Assembly (NCBI GenBank): GCA_016932615.1
Contig: JAFGCN010000027.1
Location: 15,277 to 79,276 of the forward strand
From: Candidatus Aenigmatarchaeota archaeon
GTDB lineage: Archaea > Aenigmatarchaeota > Aenigmatarchaeia > QMZS01
Reading direction: 5' to 3'
DNA: 64,000 nt
Each line of letters begins with the position of its first letter. The stretch's first letter is position 1. Made by a program: the position numbers and the translations under genes. Below the pieces are notes generated by a model. That model saw only the letters and a program-made list of their open reading frames with translations, was not told the DNA's origin and ran no database searches. Positions 1-9,488 of this stretch are shown here, piece by piece.

Positions 1-323
1 TCGCTATCTTTGCAGTTGTTTATAAGGCAGGACAGATAAATTCCATCCTCTTGAATATGTTTCCAGTTTCCACCAATCTTCCGGGCGACGATGGGGATTC
101 TTTCAGGAGGCAAATCTGTAGAGTACAATAAGTCCTTAGCGTTATCATAAAATGTGGCAACTTCAGCTTCCTCAAGGCCTCTCCCCCAAACGGGTCTAAT
201 TTCCTCTTCCAACATGTACTTTCTGAGCTCTCCCCTCCATTTAGAATAGTTCTGAAGCACTTCTCTTTCCTTAAGGCGGCTGGAAATGCCTTCTGTTAAT
301 CCCCCATATGTTTTGCTGGACAT
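1..323 (-). CDS. Hypothetical protein, 5' part (runs off the window start)
   Basis: Open frame from ATG at 323 (MSSKTYGGLTEG...GIYLSCLINNCKDS) with no stop before position 1. Confidence 0.6.
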   Translation of the reverse strand, partial: MSSKTYGGLTEGISSRLKEREVLQNYSKWRGELRKYMLEEEIRPVWGRGLEEAEVATFYDNAKDLLYSTDLPPERIPIVARKIGGNWKHIQEDGIYLSCLINNCKDS

Positions 324-446
324 ATACGATAACTACACAAAAATGATTAATACTCATATTTGCAAGACTCTGGCGCCTATGCGCATTCTGGCTTGAAACC
401 AGCGGGCTAAAAAGTAGCTTGCTATATTAAAATCCCCATTTTTATT

Positions 447-2003
447 ATGGCGCAGGTAGAGAAAGAGAAGGTCGAAACACTCCAGAAAATTGCGAATTTA
501 TGCAAAAGGAGAGCGTTTGTTTTTCCTTCCTGCGAGATTTACGGCGGTTTTGCCGGGTTTTATGACTATGGCCCGCTTGGCTCCGAGATGAAGCTTAACC
601 TGAAGGAATCCTGGTGGAAGAGGTTTGTAAGAGGCAGGGAAGATGTTGTGGGGGTTGACGCCTGCACGGTAAACCACCCCCAGGTCTGGACCGCATCAGG
701 CCACGTCGACGGCTTTGCTGACCCGCTTGTGGACTGCAGGAAGTGCGGCTACAGGATACGTGCAGACCACCTGATTGAGGATGTTCTTGGAGTTTCAGCC
801 GACGGCTGGACTTTGGAGCAGTTCAACGAAAAGATAAGGGAGTGCAATCTTGTCTGCCCCAAGTGCAAGGGGGAACTGAGCCCTGCAAGAAAGTTCAACC
901 TGATGTTCAAGACTTTTGTCGGGCCAATCGAGGACGATGCGCACATAGCATACCTTCGCCCTGAAACCGCGCAGATGATTTTTACCAACTTCAAGTCCGT
1001 TGTCGAGACGGCAAGGGTAAAGCTTCCATTTGGAATCGCCCAGATGGGAAGGGCTTACCGAAACGAGATTTCGCCACGGGACTTTTTGTTTCGCTTGCGG
1101 GAATTCGAGCAGATGGAAATCGAGTTTTTTGTCCACCCAAAAAAGCTTGACGAGTGCCCATATCTCAAGGGCGATGTCCTGAAGTTTGAAGTGATGATTT
1201 ACAGCGCAGAAGCCCAGGAAAAGGAGGGCGAGCCGGTGAAAATGACAATTGGCTCTGCTGTTGAAAACAAGGTGATAAGCACGGGCTGGCACGCCTACTG
1301 GCTTTATGAGACTCTTAACTGGTTCTTGGAACTTGGCATTTCGCCTGAGAAGCTCCGTCTTCGCCAGCACTTGTCTGACGAGCGGGCGCACTATGCAGTG
1401 GACTGCTGGGACATAGAATACAAGTTCCCTTTCGGCTGGAAGGAAATACATGGCATGTCCAACAGGACTGACTTCGACTTGAAGCAGCACATAAAATTCA
1501 GCGGAAAAGACCTCACTTACTTTGAGGAGGAAACGCACGAAAAAGTCATACCTCATGTCATCGAGCCGTCACAGGGTCTTGACCGGGCGTTTTTGTCAGT
1601 CCTGATAGACGCTTACAGAGAGGATGGAGAACGGGTTTACCTTAAGCTTCACCCGACTTTAGCTCCAACAAAGATTGGCGTTTTCCCGATTGTCAAAAAA
1701 GACGGGCTTGCCGAGAAAGGAAGGGAAATTTACGAGTCCCTGAAGGATTGCTTTTCAAGCATGTACGACGACAAGGGAAGCATAGGGAAAAGGTACGCAA
1801 GGTCTGATGAGGTTGGAATTCCCATCTGCATCGCCGTGGATTATGACACGCTCAAGGATGATACCGTGACCCTGAGGGACAGGGACACGACAAAGCAAAT
1901 CAGGGTCCCGATAGCTGAGCTTAAGAGTATTTTGTGGGGCCTCCTCTACACAGGAGGGGACTTCGAAAAGGCGGGGGAAATCGCCGAGACGAGGAAGAAA
2001 TAA
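447..2003 (+). CDS. glyS: Glycyl-tRNA synthetase (alpha2, archaeal/eukaryotic type)
   Basis: YDYGPLG, LRPETAQ, RNEISPR..FRLREFEQME, VIEPS.G.DR, GSIGKRYARSDE anticodon-binding domain. Confidence 0.97.
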   Translation: MAQVEKEKVETLQKIANLCKRRAFVFPSCEIYGGFAGFYDYGPLGSEMKLNLKESWWKRFVRGREDVVGVDACTVNHPQVWTASGHVDGFADPLVDCRKCGYRIRADHLIEDVLGVSADGWTLEQFNEKIRECNLVCPKCKGELSPARKFNLMFKTFVGPIEDDAHIAYLRPETAQMIFTNFKSVVETARVKLPFGIAQMGRAYRNEISPRDFLFRLREFEQMEIEFFVHPKKLDECPYLKGDVLKFEVMIYSAEAQEKEGEPVKMTIGSAVENKVISTGWHAYWLYETLNWFLELGISPEKLRLRQHLSDERAHYAVDCWDIEYKFPFGWKEIHGMSNRTDFDLKQHIKFSGKDLTYFEEETHEKVIPHVIEPSQGLDRAFLSVLIDAYREDGERVYLKLHPTLAPTKIGVFPIVKKDGLAEKGREIYESLKDCFSSMYDDKGSIGKRYARSDEVGIPICIAVDYDTLKDDTVTLRDRDTTKQIRVPIAELKSILWGLLYTGGDFEKAGEIAETRKK

Positions 2004-2052
2004 ATCTGAAACTTAATATTTGCCTTGATAATTATTTTATCTACATATACTT

Positions 2053-3003
2053 ATGAACGCCAAGGAAATCGTGGCAAAAAAATGCGGGCTCGAGCCGGGC
2101 CACAGCATGTGCGCGGGCTGCGGAGTTCCGATAATTGTAAAGCAGATTCTTTCGTCGGTCGATAATCTTGTCGTTGCTAACGCGACCGGCTGCCTTGAGG
2201 TTGCAACAACCGCTTACCCTTACTCTTCCTGGAAAGTTCCCTGGATTCATAACGCTTTTGAAAACGCAGCGGCAACAATTTCCGGTGCGGAAGCTGCTTA
2301 TCAGGTCTTCAGGAGGAAAGGCAAGATAAAAAAGAAGATTAACTTCCTTGCAATAGGCGGCGACGGGGGCTTTTTTGACATTGGCCTTCAGTCCCTTTCA
2401 GGCGCCCTTGAGAGAGGACATGATTGTGTTTACATTGTTTACGACAACGAGGCCTACCAAAATACCGGAAGCCAGAGAAGCTCTGCAACCCCTCTTGGCG
2501 CAAGCTCCACGACAACCCCCGCCGGAAAGGTGAGCTACGGAAAGGAGGTTCCAAGAAAAGACCTTGCAAAGATTGCGATTGCCCACAATATACCCTATGT
2601 AGCGCAGATGGCGCTTCACAACTACGCAGACCTTACCAGAAAGGTAAAAACCGCCTTTGAAAACACCCCTGCTGTTCTTGTGGTGCTCCAACCGTGCCCC
2701 ACAAACTGGAAATTCGACTCCGGAAGGACAGTCGAGCTTTCAAAGCTTGCCGCCGAAACCTGCTACTGGCCGCTTTACGAGTACAACCGGGGAGTTTACA
2801 AGATAAATTACGTCCCCAAGAGAAAGGCGCCTGTTGAGGAATTCCTGAGGATGCAGGGGCGCTTCAGGCACCTTCTGACCGAACAAAACCGCCATGTGGT
2901 CGAGAAAATCCAGGAGGAAGTCGACAAAAACTGGGAAAACCTGCAGAAATTGGAGGAATTTACCAGGGTTTCCACCTCTGAAGCCATAGAAGAAATTAAT
3001 TAA
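2053..3003 (+). CDS. porB: Pyruvate/2-oxoacid:ferredoxin oxidoreductase beta subunit
   Basis: CAGCG, NATGCLEV, GGDGG..DIG TPP motif, YDNEAYQNTGSQRS. Confidence 0.93.
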   Translation: MNAKEIVAKKCGLEPGHSMCAGCGVPIIVKQILSSVDNLVVANATGCLEVATTAYPYSSWKVPWIHNAFENAAATISGAEAAYQVFRRKGKIKKKINFLAIGGDGGFFDIGLQSLSGALERGHDCVYIVYDNEAYQNTGSQRSSATPLGASSTTTPAGKVSYGKEVPRKDLAKIAIAHNIPYVAQMALHNYADLTRKVKTAFENTPAVLVVLQPCPTNWKFDSGRTVELSKLAAETCYWPLYEYNRGVYKINYVPKRKAPVEEFLRMQGRFRHLLTEQNRHVVEKIQEEVDKNWENLQKLEEFTRVSTSEAIEEIN

Positions 3004-3022
3004 AACTTATACAGCACTATTT

Positions 3023-3169
3023 ATGGCAGAAAAGAAAACCCATGAAACTCCAGCTACCTGCAGGAGATGCGGATGCACCACAGGAGTGATATCTAAATAC
3101 AAGCTTTTCTACTGTAGGCACTGCTTCAGGCAGGTCGCCCAGAGAATTGGGTTTAAGAAGTATAATTAG
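3023..3169 (+). CDS. rps14: 30S ribosomal protein uS14 (Zn-binding, 48 aa); absent from the ORF track
   Basis: Manual translation MAEKKTHETPATCRRCGCTTGVISKYKLFYCRHCFRQVAQRIGFKKYN; CxxC...CRxCFR...GFKKY. Confidence 0.93.
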   Translation: MAEKKTHETPATCRRCGCTTGVISKYKLFYCRHCFRQVAQRIGFKKYN

Positions 3170-3435
3170 GTCTTATCTGCGATTTTTACTAGCTTATCCG
3201 TCAGTTCCATAAATAATCCCTTTGCCTTTTCCCGGTTCTCCTCGTCGTAGGGAATCCATAGGGAAGCAACCTCTTCAGCCATTTCCCTGATTCGTTTCAT
3301 CTCCTGGTTGAGCTTCTTGCACTTTCTAAGCTCCATTATGATACTGGCGCAGACCCCATCCGGCTCGATGTCGGTTCGTTCGACAAGTGCCAGAAATTTT
3401 TCAGCAAGTTCCCTTTCTTTTTCTGTGCAGACCAT
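3166..3435 (-). CDS. Small helical hypothetical protein
   Basis: Likely start MVCTEKERE at 3435, downstream of pdaD. Confidence 0.55.
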   Translation of the reverse strand: MVCTEKERELAEKFLALVERTDIEPDGVCASIIMELRKCKKLNQEMKRIREMAEEVASLWIPYDEENREKAKGLFMELTDKLVKIADKT

Positions 3436-3454
3436 AAATACAGAAAGCCAAACC

Positions 3455-4042
3455 TTATTCAAGCACAGGATAAACGTAATTGACAAAGCCGATGACCACC
3501 ATTGCTGTTCCAAACTTCTTTTTGGGGACGAAGCTTTCCGCCAGGAGCTTTATGTTTTTTAGCTCGTACTTTTCCGAAAACCCGTTGAAATACAATTCTT
3601 CTATGCTTGAGCGAAGCTGCTTTTCTGCCTCCGCTTCAGGCAGGTCGCCGTTGTACTCGCAGACAAGCCCGCCGAACTTTTCTCCGGTTTTCCTGTCATA
3701 AAGCCAGCCGAAAATTATCGCGGCAGTTGCGCGCGTTCCTTTCTCGGCAGTTGAAACCGCCATTATGGTTTCCATGACCGAGCCGTGGGCAAGCTCGTTT
3801 GGCCGCTCGATTTCTCTTGCTATTCCTGGAAGGATGGACGAGTAAGTCATGATGTTGCACATTTCAATTCCGGCATCCTTGAGGGCGAGGTGGTACGAGC
3901 CGGCGTGGACCGTTATGTCGCTTTCGCCCTTTCCCTGGGTCGTAAAAAAGTCCTTTGGAATTCTGCACCCTATGAGCGGTCCGTTTAGCTGCGCCTTCTT
4001 TTCATTGCTAGTTTCACCAGCACAAAAAGTTTTTCCCGTCAT
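3455..4042 (-). CDS. pdaD: Pyruvoyl-dependent arginine decarboxylase
   Basis: ALKDAGI..CNI..YSSILP self-cleavage motif; ATG at 4042 preferred over TTG at 4060. Confidence 0.85.
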   Translation of the reverse strand: MTGKTFCAGETSNEKKAQLNGPLIGCRIPKDFFTTQGKGESDITVHAGSYHLALKDAGIEMCNIMTYSSILPGIAREIERPNELAHGSVMETIMAVSTAEKGTRATAAIIFGWLYDRKTGEKFGGLVCEYNGDLPEAEAEKQLRSSIEELYFNGFSEKYELKNIKLLAESFVPKKKFGTAMVVIGFVNYVYPVLE

Positions 4043-4147
4043 CTTTAGCGCAACATACAAATATGATTATGCGTAAATTGATTTAAAATTAAAATCGGAT
4101 TCTGCTTGCCAAATAGCTCCACTACAGCATATTTCCTGAAAAGTCGC

Positions 4148-5827
4148 TTACCTCATCTTGCCTGCTTCCCATTCCTTCATCTTGCCCTTTCCTACGGCCT
4201 GCCCTCCGATGAATCCGTGCTGCTCTTCCACGACCTGCAAGAGCCCCTTTATCGGGTCCATGAAGTGCTCCTGGATTTGGGTTTCCTGCATCTTGATGGC
4301 CGAATCCTCCAGCCCGTAAAAATGTAGATTTTCGGGCTCGGAAAGCTTTTCGGGGGGAACATCTTTTCGGAGAAACTCCACGTTTTTCTTGAGGGACATC
4401 GTGCTCTGGTCAACAGGGTCGCCGCCGACGCCGCCGGCTCTCTCGAAAATTATGAATCTAGTTTCGCTTTCGTCAAAGCCCCTTTTCCTGAGCATATACA
4501 TCCACCTGTAGAGCTGCTCCTGCTGCTCGGAGCCAAGGTAGATTGGGACGTGAGCCGGGCCAAGCGGAGTGGGCCAGCCGACGTGAAGCGTGTTCACATA
4601 CCTTGCGCTTCCAGAGCCCATTTCTTCTATGAACTTGTCAGGGTCAAGCTCGGCTCCAAGGCAGTGCTCAAAGTCGATTGCAGTCCTAAACCACTTGCAC
4701 CCTGCCTTTTCCATCTCCCTGCAAAGTATCACAAAGTGCGCGGGGTTGGCAGCTCTTGGCAGGTCCTCCATTCCTGACTTCATTGTTTCGGTCTCGATTA
4801 CGAATGGGATTTGGTATTGGCTTAGGAAGGGTTTAGGGTCCTTGAAGCAGTGCTCACCGCACTTCCCTTTTGCCTCTTCCGGGAAAAAATGCCCCCAGAT
4901 ATACTTCAGCGAAACTGCCGGGACCCAGATGTAAGGGTCGTTTTTCACGTTTTCCATCTTTTTGCCTTTTGTAATGTCTTTCCAGAGCGGGTCGCCCTTG
5001 TCGGACATCCACTTTCCAATCGAGAGATATGCCAGTCTTTCAGGGCCATAGCTAAGCTCAGATCTTTTTAGCTTTTCTACAGTATAGAACTTTACAATTT
5101 CTGGAGCGGATTTCTCAATAAGCTTTTTTATCCTTTCGTCAACCCTCTTCTGGAATTCCTGCAATAGTTTCTGAGCCTGTTCGGGTGGCGTTGACTGTGT
5201 AATAGTTTTCCCTTCTTTGTCCATTTCAGCTTTTACTTCTTCCTTGGCCTTTGGGCTGTATTTTTCTGGGTTCCGGGGATCTTCTATGATGTCTTCCACA
5301 GTGCTTCCTGCAACTATCCTTATCTCTTCCTGGTGTATGAGCCAGTTGAAGACATTCTCGTTTTCCTGCAGGAAAATCCAGAGCGGCCTTCCCCAGATAT
5401 CAACTACCTGAGTTGACTGGAAGTCTTTACCAAGCCAGCCATAGGGCTTGGTTTCAGAGGCGTGCTGAAGAAGGTACATTGCTTTTGCCTTGCCGCTTCT
5501 CTCTATATCACGAAGGAGGCATGCGTGCGTCCTTTCCCAGTCTTCTTTTACAGCCGAATCCAGGAGGATTCCGTTTGCGCCCATTGCAGTGGAGAGGCCG
5601 TGTATTCCGTAATGGATATTCATCTCCCTTAGCTGCTCTAGCTTTTTCATGACTCCTGGCGCAAGAAACTCTGCGGAAGTTTCGAGGTCAATCTGTGTAA
5701 ATGTAACGCCCTTAAATGCAGTATAAAAGCCCTTCTGGGCAAGGTCAATCTGGCCTATCTTTTCCTGCGGAGACGCCATGCTGAAAACCCCGGAGCTTAC
5801 GCCTATGGTATAACCCAGATTGGCCAT
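4148..5827 (-). CDS. Hypothetical protein, xylose-isomerase/AP-endonuclease-2-like TIM barrel with helical insert
   Basis: Metal-ligand-like motifs HG, QHASE, IETE, DFEH, HVG..AHVP, FER. Confidence 0.5.
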   Translation of the reverse strand: MANLGYTIGVSSGVFSMASPQEKIGQIDLAQKGFYTAFKGVTFTQIDLETSAEFLAPGVMKKLEQLREMNIHYGIHGLSTAMGANGILLDSAVKEDWERTHACLLRDIERSGKAKAMYLLQHASETKPYGWLGKDFQSTQVVDIWGRPLWIFLQENENVFNWLIHQEEIRIVAGSTVEDIIEDPRNPEKYSPKAKEEVKAEMDKEGKTITQSTPPEQAQKLLQEFQKRVDERIKKLIEKSAPEIVKFYTVEKLKRSELSYGPERLAYLSIGKWMSDKGDPLWKDITKGKKMENVKNDPYIWVPAVSLKYIWGHFFPEEAKGKCGEHCFKDPKPFLSQYQIPFVIETETMKSGMEDLPRAANPAHFVILCREMEKAGCKWFRTAIDFEHCLGAELDPDKFIEEMGSGSARYVNTLHVGWPTPLGPAHVPIYLGSEQQEQLYRWMYMLRKRGFDESETRFIIFERAGGVGGDPVDQSTMSLKKNVEFLRKDVPPEKLSEPENLHFYGLEDSAIKMQETQIQEHFMDPIKGLLQVVEEQHGFIGGQAVGKGKMKEWEAGKMR

Positions 5828-5889
5828 AATTATACTAGATATTATCTATTTTTTGGAAAACCTTCTTAAACCGCCAAAAATCATTTCTT

Positions 5890-6219
5890 TCAGTCGTTTA
5901 GCGCCTGTATTATCTCGCCTCTTGACTTTAAAACGGTAATGCCTCCCTTTTTGAGCTTACCTATGAGCTGCTTGTCAAGCGTTGCTACGCTGCACCTGTA
6001 TTTTGAAGCCGCCTCGACAATCGACAGGTCTGCATTTTTTGCCTCAGTTTCTACGACTTTTACGCCTTCGACAAGGGTAAGGAGAACTTTTTCATTTTCC
6101 TCCCCCGCAAGCCGCTTTATTTCTCCAAGCACTGGGCCGGTGAACGCTATCTGGCTCTTGTGGAAAAACAAGGGTATTTTTTTGTACTCCAAAGCAACAT
6201 TTGCGTCAACCAGTATCAT
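5890..6219 (-). CDS. PIN-domain protein (Fcf1/Utp24-like)
   Basis: ILVDAN, V..E, AD..I, VATLDKQL. Confidence 0.75.
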   Translation of the reverse strand: MILVDANVALEYKKIPLFFHKSQIAFTGPVLGEIKRLAGEENEKVLLTLVEGVKVVETEAKNADLSIVEAASKYRCSVATLDKQLIGKLKKGGITVLKSRGEIIQALND

Positions 6220-6254
6220 AACTTTAGGTATTGGCTAATAAGTAAGAAGCGCTT

Positions 6255-6659
6255 TTACATTGCGTAAGTAACTGAGCATTTGTTTTTAAGGCACTGTGGG
6301 AAGAAGTCGCACCGGATGTCTTCGGGCGTAATATCCGGGCAGGAAAACTCCTTGCACTCAGGCACCAGTTTTTTATTCCAGTAATCAGCATATTTTGCGT
6401 TTATTGCAATGGAGCTTCCGCCAAGCTCGCAGCCGCAGCAGTCTCCGTTAACCATCAGGCAGTCGCTGTCTGACTCGCATGCATAGAGCTCTTCTTCTGA
6501 GGGATCAAGGTCCTGGCTTGAATTGTCCGGCTTTTGCACATCGTCAGTTGATTTAAGGGAAATAAAGGCGAAAAAGCCGATTGCAATCAGGACGACCCCG
6601 GAAATGACAATGAATTTCAAAACCTTTTCAGGGTCTTTCCTCATAAAGTTATATCTCAT
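6255..6659 (-). CDS. Membrane-anchored Cys-rich protein
   Basis: N-terminal TM, CESDSDC...CCGC...C..C...C..C. Confidence 0.7.
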   Translation of the reverse strand: MRYNFMRKDPEKVLKFIVISGVVLIAIGFFAFISLKSTDDVQKPDNSSQDLDPSEEELYACESDSDCLMVNGDCCGCELGGSSIAINAKYADYWNKKLVPECKEFSCPDITPEDIRCDFFPQCLKNKCSVTYAM

Positions 6660-6681
6660 AATATATATTCCCTGCTCCCAC

Positions 6682-7443
6682 TTAATCCCTGCAGAAATGC
6701 TTGCTTAAGTCCCAGACATTCTGGAATATGTGGTCTGGGTTTTCTTTTCTGAGGTGGTGGTCGAGGCCCGTTCCGCAAAGAATGGCTGCCGAAAGGCATC
6801 CTGCATCTTTGGCGGCGCGTATGTCGACTGCTGAGTCTCCAGTGTGCAGAGTTTCCTCAGGACCCATACCTAGAGAGTCCATGAGCTTTTTTATGCCTTC
6901 TCCTGACGGCTTGTTGCCGGGCAGGTCCTCTTTTGCAACTATTCCGGAAAATCCCTCCAGGCCAAGGTGATTTAGGTCTCGCCTGACAGTTTCAATCCCG
7001 GAGTTTGTAAGTATTGCAACCTTGTAATTTTTGCTTTTGAGTAGGTCAATTGCCCCAACTCCATAAGGGTAGACCTCTATGAGTTGTCGCGCCATGCTGG
7101 TTGTAAGAAACTTTGTGCTTATCTCGCAGATTTTCTCTATTCTTGCCCTGTCGGCGTCATTTAGGTTGTTTTGTGTCATGTAGTCCAGCTCTTTTTCGGC
7201 ATCGGGGTTTGAGAGAATTTCATTTATGTCTTTTTTGAGCATGCTGATGGCGTAAAGCGCTTCAATTAGCTTTAAGCGGGAGTTGTACTTTCCAACCCCC
7301 ATCAGGTTCCAGACTTCCTTTGTCTTGTAAGGGTATCTCTGGCCTATAGAAATAAAACCCGAGGAAATGCCTTCGCTTATGGCTTTAGATGAATCTCTAA
7401 ATGAGCCGTCTACGTCGAAAATAAATAGCTTGGGTTTTGCCAT
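6682..7443 (-). CDS. HAD-superfamily hydrolase
   Basis: FDVDG, LTNS, KP, GDSAVDI. Confidence 0.88.
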   Translation of the reverse strand: MAKPKLFIFDVDGSFRDSSKAISEGISSGFISIGQRYPYKTKEVWNLMGVGKYNSRLKLIEALYAISMLKKDINEILSNPDAEKELDYMTQNNLNDADRARIEKICEISTKFLTTSMARQLIEVYPYGVGAIDLLKSKNYKVAILTNSGIETVRRDLNHLGLEGFSGIVAKEDLPGNKPSGEGIKKLMDSLGMGPEETLHTGDSAVDIRAAKDAGCLSAAILCGTGLDHHLRKENPDHIFQNVWDLSKHFCRD

Positions 7444-7514
7444 AAGTATATTGGCTGCAAGATATATTTACGGTTTTATGATTTCAAAATTGAGCCTTTC
7501 CTGGGGTTCCCTAC

Positions 7515-7814
7515 TTATTTATGCTCCATCTTTATGGCTTTGACCGGGCATTCCAGAGCGCAGATTCCGCAGCCTTTGCAGTGTGTCAGGTCTGTCTCGA
7601 GCCGCTTTCCATCCTTCTCCGGAATGCAGCTTTCGGGGCAGTAGAGTGCGCAAAGCATGCAATTAACGCATTTTTTCTTGTCCCATACGGGCTTTACGGA
7701 ACTCCAGCTTCCAGTATTTCGGGTTCTTGAAATGGACTGTGGAATTACGGCTCCCTCAGGAAGGGCTTTCCATCCGGGCTTCTTGAAGGGGGCCTGCTTT
7801 TTCTTAGCTGCCAT
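7515..7814 (-). CDS. porD: 2-oxoacid:ferredoxin oxidoreductase delta subunit (2x[4Fe-4S])
   Basis: TGSW..KP, CxxCxxCxxxCP and CKGCGICALECP. Confidence 0.9.
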   Translation of the reverse strand: MAAKKKQAPFKKPGWKALPEGAVIPQSISRTRNTGSWSSVKPVWDKKKCVNCMLCALYCPESCIPEKDGKRLETDLTHCKGCGICALECPVKAIKMEHK

Positions 7815-7837
7815 AATAAATATCTATACCTAACTTA

Positions 7838-8386
7838 TTACTTGAGATACTTCACCATTGTTATCTGGTCATAATATTTTCCGTTTCTTTTGAGTGCCCG
7901 TTTTATGGTTCCCGCTTCCCTAAAGCCCATCTTTTTGTAAAGCCCGATTGCCGCCTTGTTTTGGGAAAACCCCTGAAGTTCGAGCATTTCAATTCTGAGG
8001 CGCTTTTTTGCCTCTTTGATTATTTCTTCCATCAGCGCCTGCCCCAGGCCTTTTCCGCGAAGAGCTTTGTCGAGGTTTATTCCCAGTTCCCCGACATGGC
8101 TTTTGACGCCTGTCTTTTTGTCTACCTTTGCTTCTCCGAAGATTCTGCCCTCATGCTCCACCAGCAGGAGGACTTTTGTTTTCCCTTCAATTCTTTTGAG
8201 GGTGGCTGCAGTATGCTCCATCTCTTCACTTGTGCTGCTTTTCCGGTCAGAGCCAATCATTGCGCCTTCCGCTATAAGCCGGTTGAAATATTTTCTCGTT
8301 TCAGGGTAGTCTTCAAAACAGGGGTAGCGGAAAGTGTATTTTTTCCCATCACTCTCAATAACCCTGACAACTTTGCCGCAGAGCAT
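7838..8386 (-). CDS. GNAT acetyltransferase
   Basis: RGKGLG, N..AIGLYKKMGF. Confidence 0.88.
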   Translation of the reverse strand: MLCGKVVRVIESDGKKYTFRYPCFEDYPETRKYFNRLIAEGAMIGSDRKSSTSEEMEHTAATLKRIEGKTKVLLLVEHEGRIFGEAKVDKKTGVKSHVGELGINLDKALRGKGLGQALMEEIIKEAKKRLRIEMLELQGFSQNKAAIGLYKKMGFREAGTIKRALKRNGKYYDQITMVKYLK

Positions 8387-8408
8387 AACCTAATATCAAA
8401 CTCTGCTA

Positions 8409-8717
8409 TTATTTGCGCCTGCTGCAGGGATTTTTGCCTTTTGCAAGATTCCTGAGGGTGTTTAGCCCGAAGAGCTCCATCACAAGGATTGAGGCTCCAA
8501 ATAGGTAAGTATCATAGATGCTTCTGCCGTAAACGTTCATAAGTTCCACTGGTGGCTGGTGGAGATAACAGTTGGCAATAGGTAGCCCGCCAAGAACTAT
8601 GGCGCCCGCAGCAACTCCCTTGGAAACATACGCCTTTGGAGTGAGCTGGGCCATTTCCGATTTGGCCTGTATAAACCGGTTTGCAGAATCCCTGTACTGT
8701 CCAAGCCGCTCAAACAT
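8409..8717 (-). CDS. Small hypothetical membrane protein
   Basis: Two hydrophobic segments; ATG at 8717. Confidence 0.5.
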   Translation of the reverse strand: MFERLGQYRDSANRFIQAKSEMAQLTPKAYVSKGVAAGAIVLGGLPIANCYLHQPPVELMNVYGRSIYDTYLFGASILVMELFGLNTLRNLAKGKNPCSRRK

Positions 8718-8736
8718 AATTCTTAAAAACGCCTTT

Positions 8737-9375
8737 CTAGAAAACCCGCTTAAACTCAACCTTCTCGACAGGAACGTATTTTTTCATAAGTTCCGCCACT
8801 CTTTGCTTCAGGGCTTCCGGAAGCTGGGTTTTCTCCTCGATTACTGCTACTTTCTCCTCAACCTTTACCGGGGCATCCTTGCAGAAGAATTCCGATATCG
8901 CCGCGGCTTTTTCAGGCGCGCCTTCGAGCTTCTTGTTGACTTTTACGACATACTCCACGTCCCTTCCCGCAAGGGGATTGTTGAAGTCAATCCTTACCCT
9001 TCCGGAGTTTACTGACTGGATTTTTGCCTTTACCTCGCCCATATCAAGAATCATTCCCGGGTAAGGCATAATCTTCTGCCGCCTCAACTCCGACTCGGAC
9101 ACGACTTTTATGAGGTCTGCCTTTCTTTCGCCAAACGCGTCTTTTGCCTCAAGCTCTATTTTTTTCTCCTCGCCCACTTTCATCTGCCTTATGGCATCTT
9201 CAAGACCTTTTATCACAAAGCCCTCGCCCATTATAATTTTGAGCGGACCGTAGCGGGCGTCCTTGTTGTAAATGTCCTTTTCTTTTGCAAGCGATTCGCT
9301 TGTAAGGTCAAAAATCTCTCCGGTGTCCTTTAAAGTCCCGGTATATTCGATTTCCACAAAGTCTCCGTCCTGCAT
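8737..9375 (-). CDS. slyD: FKBP-type peptidyl-prolyl isomerase (archaeal long SlyD type)
   Basis: GDFVEIEYTG, GEIFD, AFGER, IDFNNPLAG. Confidence 0.9.
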   Translation of the reverse strand: MQDGDFVEIEYTGTLKDTGEIFDLTSESLAKEKDIYNKDARYGPLKIIMGEGFVIKGLEDAIRQMKVGEEKKIELEAKDAFGERKADLIKVVSESELRRQKIMPYPGMILDMGEVKAKIQSVNSGRVRIDFNNPLAGRDVEYVVKVNKKLEGAPEKAAAISEFFCKDAPVKVEEKVAVIEEKTQLPEALKQRVAELMKKYVPVEKVEFKRVF

Positions 9376-9488
9376 AACAAGACTTTGAAAAGTTTTAATT
9401 AGCCAGAAGCTCGCCAGGAAGGCATCTTGACAATTCGGGCTGGATTTTGCCGACAGGTGTATTATTTTTAGGAAATGGGTCTTAAATT

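Noticed and set aside
9376..9488. Fluoride riboswitch upstream of the ClC gene
   Set aside because: No crcB-motif consensus is recognisable, and the protein lacks the GNNLI/GREGT signature of fluoride-specific CLCs
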